Source of the DNA: Macrostomum lignano
Lineage: Eukaryota
Direction: 5' to 3'
Assembly: GCA_002269645.1 (NCBI GenBank)
Contig: NIVC01000768.1
Location: 124,001 to 188,000, forward strand
Length of the DNA stretch: 64,000 nucleotides
The position numbers and the translations under genes are program-made. Positions 56,480 through 64,000 of the stretch are shown in pieces; the first letter of the stretch is position 1; each line of letters begins with the position of its first letter. The notes under the pieces are model-generated. The model ran no database searches. It was given only the letters and a program-made list of their open reading frames with translations, and was not told the origin of the DNA.

Positions 56480-56850
56480 TGTACCATCAATGAGAATCGC
56501 CCTGTACCTTTTTCTAAGAATCGCCTTTTATCTTTCCCAAAAAATCGTCCTGTCAATGAGAGCTATCAATGAGAATCGCCCTGTACCTTTTTCTAAGAAT
56601 CGCCCTGTACCTTTTCCTAAGAATCGCCTTGTACCCCTTTTTCTAAGAATCGCCTTGTACCCCTTTTTCTAAGAATCGCCTTGTACCCCTTTTTCTGAGA
56701 ATCGCCTTGTACCCCTTTTTCTAAGAATCGCCTTGTACCCCTTTTTCTAAGAATCGCCTTTACCCCTCTCTTAAAAATTCCTTGTAACGTTACTAAGAAT
56801 CGGCCTGTATGTTTTCTAAGAATCGCCTTGTACCGTCACTGAGAGTCGCC
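56480..56850. repeat. ~26-bp satellite
   Basis: Unit AAGAATCGCCTTGTACCCCTTTTTCT. Confidence 0.9.
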
Positions 56851-56995
56851 CTTACTCGTATGTGTACTTTAGCCCTTTAGCCTTCTACTATAATCTTCAT
56901 TATAAATGATAAATTTGAGTGTTTCTGCGTTACACTTGAATCACTGCTAACGCCATTCATGATCCCCCAACTAGTACAATTGGTACACCTGAACA

Positions 56996-59900
56996 ATGCT
57001 TCGATTCTCACGCTTAGCCTCATCGGCCGCCCGTCATCAGCGCGCTGCACTTTATAGCAGCCGCCAGTTTCATTCGCGCTTCATCGCAGCCTCAACCAGT
57101 GGGAGCGGCGGCGGTAACGGCGGCGACAACGCCGGAGATTCTGCCGGTCGTTTCTACGGCATCGGAGCGGCCGCCGCTGCCGTGGCTGCTCTGGCCGCTG
57201 CCGCTCTGAGCAGCCCCAATGCCGACAGCAGATTCCCGACTGCTCAAGTGGCTACAGCTACCACTTCAGCGACAGGTTCCACGCATGTCACCTACGAACA
57301 GCAGCTCAAACAGAAACACAGCCAGCGTCGGATTGTCACGCCTATCGATAGATTCGATAATGGCGGCGAGATCAAACGAACCGATGGATTAACAGCGGCC
57401 GATGCCGGCGATAGTCGATCGTTGCAAAAGAGCGCCCTAACCAGATCGGCGCCTGCCGCTCTGCCGCTGGCAGCTGGCGGCGCCGCTACTGGCAAGTCTA
57501 CGGCGCAGAGAACTGTTGCCGAGCAACAGGCGACTTTGCCGGCACCAGCAGCGCCAGCGGATAGTCCCGGGTCCGTTGTGACAATGTCCGACCGTACCGG
57601 CTTGCCTAGCAGGGTGCCCTACTTAATTATTGGCAGCGGATTTGCCGGCATGGCGGCTGCTAGAGCTATCCGGGCTAGCGATCCGCTTTCTAAGGTGCGG
57701 TATGCGCGTGCTTCATAAGTGTATGCAGTTAGAATGCTGCCCTCTGAGTGTACTCTGAATTAACTCTGTAATACGAGCTATCTTAAAGTTGCCCTTAAAG
57801 CTCTTTTAATCGTTCTCAGAACTCCCCATCCCGAGACCTTCCGTCAGGATTCCCCATCACGAGACCTTCTCTCAGAATTCCCCATCCCGAGACCTTCTCT
57901 CAGAATTCCCTATCCCGAGACCTTCTCTCAGAATTCCCTATCCCGAGACCTTCTCTCAGAATTCCCCATCCCGAGACCTTCCCTCAGGAGTCCCCATCCC
58001 GAGACCTTCTCTCATAATTCCCCATCCCGAGACCTTCCCTCAGAAGTCCCCATCCCGAGACCTTCTCTCAGAATTCCCCATCCCGAGACCTTCCCTCAGA
58101 AGTCCCCATCCCGAGACCTTCTCTCAGAATTCCCCATCCCGAGACCTCTCAGAATTCCCTATCCCGAGACCTTCTCTCAGCACTACCCATCCCGAGACCT
58201 TCTCTCAGAATTCCCCATCCCGAGACCTTCTCTCAGAAGTCCCCATCCCGAGACCTTCTCTCAGAATTCCCCATCCCGAGACCGAGACCTTCTCTCAGAA
58301 TTCCCCATCCCGAGACCTTCTCTCAGAAGTCCCCATCCCGAGACCTTCTCTCAGAATTCCCCATCCCGAGACCGAGACCTTCTCTCAGAATTCCCCATCC
58401 CGAGACCTTCTCTCAGAAGTCCCCATCCCGAGACCTTCTCTCAGAATTCCCCATCCCGAGACCGAGACCTTCTCTCAGAATTCCCCATCCCGAGACCTTC
58501 CCTCAGAAGTCCCCATCCCGAGACCTTCTCTCAGAATTCCCCATCCCGAGACCTCTCAGAATTCCCCATCCCGAGACCTTCTCTCAGCACTCCCCATCCC
58601 GAGACCTTCTCTCAGAATTCCCCATCCCGAGACCTCTCAGAATTCCCTATCCCGAGACCTTCTCTCAGCACTCCCTATCCCGAGACCTTCTCTCAGAATT
58701 CCCCATCCCGAGACCTTCTCTCAGAATTCCCCATCCCGAGACCTTCCCTCAAAGTCCCCATCCCGAGACCTCTCAGAATTCCCCGTCTCCCAGAAGCTTG
58801 TCTCATACCATTAAATATTACTCTAACAATCATTCCCTAAAACAACAGGTGCTAATGATTGGCGACGAGCCCTACCCGCCGTACCTTCGCCCGCCGCTGT
58901 CCAAAGAGCTGTGGCGTCGCAAAGATGACCGAGTGAAAGCCATGCTGTCTCCGCTAGGCGATATGCGGCGCAATTCTTGGCTATTTGTCGAGCCGGATTC
59001 GTTTTTCATCGAGCCGCGCCGGCTTCATTTGGCGGACACCGGCGGCGTTAGCCTGTGGAAAGGTCGCCGAGTCATCGCCTTGGACATCGCCGATAAGCGA
59101 GTCACGTTGGATAGCGGCGATCGAATCGAATACGGCAAATGTCTGCTGGCCACCGGCGGCCGGCCCCGCACCCTGCCCGTGTTCGACGCCGCCGCCGCCC
59201 AGTCGCCCGAGGTGGCCGCCAGGACTGCCTACTTTCGCAATATCGACGATTTTCAATCGTTGCGCAACAAAGCTAATCAAGCGAAATCTGTCATTGTAAT
59301 TGGCGGCGGCTTTCTCGGCTGTGAGCTAGCTGTTAGCTTGACAGAGGTGGCTAAGAAAACCGGCTTGGAGGTGAGTAGTTTGCTGTCAGTGTAGCTGCAT
59401 TCAGCATTCGCTAACCCCCCTCCCCTGCTTAAACCTATCATCTCGGTCCGCTTACGCTTAATTGGTCTAGCCGCTAACCCCCCTCCCCCGCTTACTTGAA
59501 CTGGCCGCCGCTAACCCCCCCCGCTTAATTGATCTAGCCGACGCTAAACCCCCCCCCGCTTAATTGATCTAGCCGACGCTAAACCCCCCCGCTTAATTGA
59601 TCTAGCCGACGCTAAGCCCCCCGCTTAATTGATCTGTCCGCTGCAACCCCCCCCCCCCCCCCCGCTTAATTGATCTGTCCGCTGCAACCCCCCCCCGCTT
59701 AATTGATCTGTCCGCTGCAACCCCCCCCCGCTTAATTGATCTGTCCGCTGCAACCCCCCCCGCTTAATTGATCTGTCCGCTGCAACCCCCCGCCCCGCTT
59801 AATTGATCTAGCCGACGCTAAACCCCCCCCCCGCTTAATTGATCTAGCCGACGCTAAACCCCCCGCTTAATTGATCTGTCCGCTGCAACCCCCGCCCCGC

Positions 59901-61208
59901 TTAATTGATCTAGCCGACGCTAAACCCCCCCCCGCTTAATTGATCTGTCCGCTGCAACCCTCCCCCCGCTTAATTGATCTAGCCGACGCTAAACCCCCGC
60001 TTAATTGATCTGTCCGCTGCAACCCCCCCCCGCTTAATTGATCTGGCCGCTGCAACCCCCCCCCGCTTAATTGATCTGTCCGCTGCAACCCCCCCCCCCG
60101 CTAAATTGATCTGGCCGCCGCAAACCCCCTCCCGCTAAATTAAACTGGCCGCCGCTATCCTACAGCGACATAGCTCCTCCCAGTGCTTCACAATCTCCAA
60201 TACAGTATTTTTCACAGAACTCCACCAACCAATCAATCGCAGGTGCACCAAGTGTTCAAAGAGTCCGGCACCTTGGCTCACGTTTTGCCGCCTCACCTAT
60301 CCGAGCACACGTCAAAATTCATCGCCCAGAGCGGCGTGGCCCAGTACCCCGGCGAGCGGGTGACCTCGGTAGACTGGGACTCGGCCGCCGGTCAAGTGAA
60401 GGTCGGCCTGAGCTCCGGCCGCAGCCTCTCAGCCGACCTATGCCTGGTTGCCGTTGGCATCGAGGCCAACACTCAGCTAGCTGAATCGGCCGGATTAGAA
60501 ATCGATCCAGGCGACGGCGGCTTCCTAGTGAACGCCGAACTGGAAGCTCGAGCCGATCTGTACGCGGCTGGGGACGCCTGCTCCTACTACGACGTGCTGC
60601 TTGGCAGGCGTCGAGTTGAGCACGTCAACCACGCTGAGGAGAGCGGCGCCGTTGCCGGCCGGAACATGGCGTCCGACCCGGCTGATCCGGGCAGGAAACG
60701 GTCCACCTACCAGCACCAGAGCTCGTTCTGGTGCAACCTGGCCAACACACTGGCCTGGGACGCTGTGGGATTAGTTGACTCCCGCCTAGAGACTCAATCA
60801 TTCTTTGCTATGCCTCCGCCAGCATCCGATGATGGAGCAGCCGGCAGCGACACCGCGGAGGACTATCAGTATCCGGGAGTGGTTTTCTACCTGAAAGCCG
60901 GTCGGGTTGTTGGCATCCTGCTGTGGAATTTGCCAGACGAAATCTTTCAAGATAAGAAAGCGTTCGCTCCGTCGAGGCTCAATCTGGCCAGGAAGGTGCT
61001 GGCGGAGAGGCAGCTGGCGGATCCAGCGGCGCTGCAGGCTCTGGCTAGAGAGTTCGACGTCTACCAGACTGTCGACGACGACTATCAGGATTTGAAGAAG
61101 TACATGGAGACCAAGGAGAGACAGCAGCAGCAGGCGGAGGCATCGGCGACTGCCAATTCGTCGGGTCCTGCCGCAACCGGTGTTGCATCAGCGCCAGTGC
61201 CCGCCTGA
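56996..61208 (+). CDS. AIFM1: Apoptosis-inducing factor, mitochondrial, 3 exons, 728 aa
   Basis: Exons 56996-57694, 58849-59370 and 60243-61208. Motifs PYLRPPLSKELW, IGGGFLGCELA, RRRVEHVNHA, HQSSFW and GVVFYL..VVGILLWN; N-terminal presequence and TM segment. Confidence 0.93.
57820..58790. repeat. 28-bp satellite in AIFM1 intron 1
   Basis: Unit CCCATCCCGAGACCTTCTCTCAGAATTC. Confidence 0.97.
59410..60160. repeat. ~32-bp C-rich satellite in AIFM1 intron 2
   Basis: Unit CCGCTTAATTGATCTGTCCGCTGCAACCCCCC. Confidence 0.95.
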
Positions 61209-61744
61209 GATTGTTTCGCCTATTAGCATAAAAAATATGTCATCTTCTGTGTCCGCTAGTACTAATAGTAGCGTGCTAGTTTGTTTTCTAGTTGGGAACA
61301 AAATAGAAGCTAGTGGAAATTGGGCTGTTATACGAGAGACTTCGTATTGTAAGAAATAGACTACGCAAACTTCGCCCCTAGTTTTGTTATTCTCTCCCGT
61401 TTTTATAGCTGTCAAATTTATCACATTGCTGTCTCTATGCATTCATTCATTAGCGAAAAATCTAGCGATTTAATAATGCGTTTAAAGCAGAAAAACCTAC
61501 ACGCGGCTTTGTGCCTAACGGTCGCAGAATCTACCGTTCAGCTTACCAACTATAGAATTGCTGTCTATTTTCCAGAGTTCCCAGCTCTTGTTTCATACAT
61601 TGTTTTTGGTTAATCTGCTATGTCTTCTGCAAAACTAATGATGCGATTAATTGGAACTGCGCCTTCAAGTCGCTTATTTTCGTTCGGGCTTGCTCAGAGA
61701 CACTTTGATTCACCCTTGTGGGATCTCCCTCATCATCTCCATCA

Positions 61745-62338
61745 GTCATGAGAATCTGCCTCTCCGCTCCATCAGTCCCTGAGAATCTGCCTCTCCGCTC
61801 CATCAGTCCCTGAGAATCGGCCTCTCTGCTCCCCCCCGTCCCTGAGAATCTGCCTCTCCGCTCCATCAGTCCCTGAGAATCGGCCTCTCTGCTCCCCCCC
61901 GTCCCTGAGAATCTGCCTCTCCGCTCCCTCAGTCCCTGAGAATCTTCCTCTCCGCTCCATCAGTCCCTGAGCATCTGCCTCTCCGCTCCATCAGTCCCTG
62001 ACAATCTGCCTCTCCGCTCCCTCAGTCCCTGAGAATCTTCCTCTCCGCTCCATCAGTCCCTGAGCATCTGCCTCTCCGCTCCATCAGTCCCTGAGCATCT
62101 GCCTCTCCGCTCCATCAGTCCCTGAGAATCTGCCTCTCCGCTCCATCAGTCCCTGAGAATCTGCCTCTCCGCTTTATCAGTCCCTGAGAATCTGCCTCTC
62201 CGCTCCATCAGTCCCTGAGAATCTGCCTCTCCGCTCCATCAGTCCCTGAGCATCTGCCTCTCCGCTCCATCAGTCCCTGAGCATCTGCCTCTCCGCTCCA
62301 TCAGTCCCTGAGCATCTGCCTCTCCGCTCCATCAGTGC
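61745..62338. repeat. 31-bp satellite
   Basis: Unit ATCTGCCTCTCCGCTCCATCAGTCCCTGAGA. Confidence 0.97.
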
Positions 62339-62398
62339 TTGAAACTGTTTTTCACGCCCATGCTGTGTGCTTATATTTCTTAATCCACAATATTTTAG

Positions 62399-63541
62399 AT
62401 GCAGGAAGATAAAAAGCTAAAGAAAAAGAAGAAGGAAAAGAAAAAGAAGGAAAAGAAAGAAAAAAAGGAGAAAAAGCAGAAGAAAGACAAGAAAGAGAAG
62501 AAAGCCAAACGGCTTCAGCGTCGCAGCCCAGAGTTGGTCGGCGGCAGCGACTCCGACAGTTCCGTCCCGGCGCCAAAAGCAAAGCGGCAAGCCCCGGCAT
62601 CTTCCGCGACTCCGGCCATCGCAGCCGCCTCTGCCGATCGCAGCCAGCATCGGCACCGAACGACATCCAGCCGGCATCTGAACGCCCCCGCGACTGCTCG
62701 CGACCGGTCCAGATCGCGGGACCGCGGCAGGCGCGACCGAGTCGAAGGCGGCAGCTCCAGCGGCAGCCGCGATCAGCAGCGGCCCAGCATCAGCGTCGGG
62801 CTCTGGTCGGAGATCTCCCGCAACACCGGCTGCGCTCTGCCACCGCCTCCGGAAGTGCCGAAGCAGCAAAAGCAACAGCAGCAACAGCAGCAGCAATCAT
62901 CATCTTCTTCGTCAGCTGGCAGCGGAAGTTCAAAGCGGCCTGCAGCTTCTGTATCCAACGATCAACAGCCGCCAGCTAGTAAGTTGGCGCGTCATCACCA
63001 TGGCAACCAGGCTGGCAAAGAGCAACACCACTCGGAGGTCCGGCTAGAAGACATTAGCCTGCCAGCTGGCAAACCCGCCGCCGTAGCCTCTTCGGCCGCC
63101 GGCTCGGCTGTTGCCAAGGAGACGACGCAGCGTCGGTTATCGACAATGCCGAATTTGCCTATGCCGCCGGGCATGGAGCTGGCGACTGCGGGCAGCTCGG
63201 GCAGCAAGTCGAGACGGTCGCAGCAACAACAGCAGCAGCAGCGGCTATCAACCCTGCCTGACCTGCCTCTCCCAAGTGTGAAACTCGATCATCATCGACG
63301 AAGCCAAAGATCTTCCACTTCCAGTTCTTCTGTGCAGCAGCAGCAGCAGCAGCAGCAGCAGTTGCCGCAGCCGCAGCAGCTACAAGCTAATCAGCCTCAG
63401 CTAAACCCCTTGGCGGCCATCAATGGACCGGCCGCTTCCTTAAACTTCTCGGGTGCCTCAGCCTCCGGCGCGGCTGCCTTAACTGAGGAATTCGTCAAAC
63501 CGAAGCTGTGCCAGCGACGTCAAAAGGATGCTAAAAATTTA
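62399..63541 (+). CDS. 5' exon of a K/RS/Q-rich protein, probably CDK12/13-like (continues beyond the window)
   Basis: Acceptor TTTTAG|ATG; KE-rich and RS-rich N-terminus; LPDLPLP and KPKLC as found ahead of the CDK12/13 kinase domain; donor TTA|GTAAGG. No kinase domain is visible. Confidence 0.5.
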
Positions 63542-63684
63542 GTAAGGCAAAATGATGATAGTGCTTGGTTTTACTGGAGTATTAATGTGTTTATAGATTA
63601 GTGATGATCACGGATTTGTAACTGTAGTGTAAGTTGTAGTAGTATGTTGTGATCGCCATTGCCGTCTTTAGTTGACGGAAGATT

Positions 63685-64000
63685 TTAGTAGTATCGTAGT
63701 AGTGCTAGTAGTATCGTAGTAGTGCTAGTAGTATCGTAGTAGTTCTAGTACGAGTAGTATCGTAGTAGTTCTAGTAGTATCGTAGTAGTTCTAGTAGTAT
63801 CGTAGTAGTTCTAGTACGAGTAGTATCGTAGTAGTTCTAGTACGAGTAGTGTCGTAGTAGTTCTAGTAGTATCGTAGTAGTTCTAGTAGCATCGTAGTAG
63901 TTCTAGTACGAGTAGTATCGTAGTAGTTCTAGTAGTATCGTAGTAGTTCTAGTAGTATCGTTGTAGTTCTAGTAGCATCGTAGTATTTCTAGTACGAGTA
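63685..64000. repeat. GTA-rich ~20-bp satellite
   Basis: Unit GTAGTAGTTCTAGTAGTATC. Confidence 0.95.

Overview
This is eukaryotic (animal) genomic DNA, not prokaryotic. GC-rich exons, a private minisatellite in almost every intron and the transposon inventory are consistent with a Macrostomum-type flatworm (inference, not proven). Bases 1-19.5 kb are a nested mobile-element zone. It holds a LOA/R1-like LINE with a probable HDV-like ribozyme at its 5' end, and a full-length Mag-clade Gypsy LTR element with a composite hAT/Harbinger insertion in gag. It also holds a CORE-SINE/RTE chimera, THAP/P-element relics, a Crypton tyrosine-recombinase element with a palindromic end, and an intronless gene for a secreted six-cysteine peptide. 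Bases 22-39 kb carry four minus-strand housekeeping genes (TUBD1, NVL, TOMM7, MED20), with a mariner inserted between TOMM7 and MED20. Bases 39-50 kb are an AT-rich transposon graveyard with strongly directional C>T/G>A erosion. Bases 50-64 kb carry GMDS, AIFM1 and a probable CDK12/13 5' exon on the plus strand. All coordinates and alignments were made by eye; many long ORFs in the supplied track are satellite artefacts.
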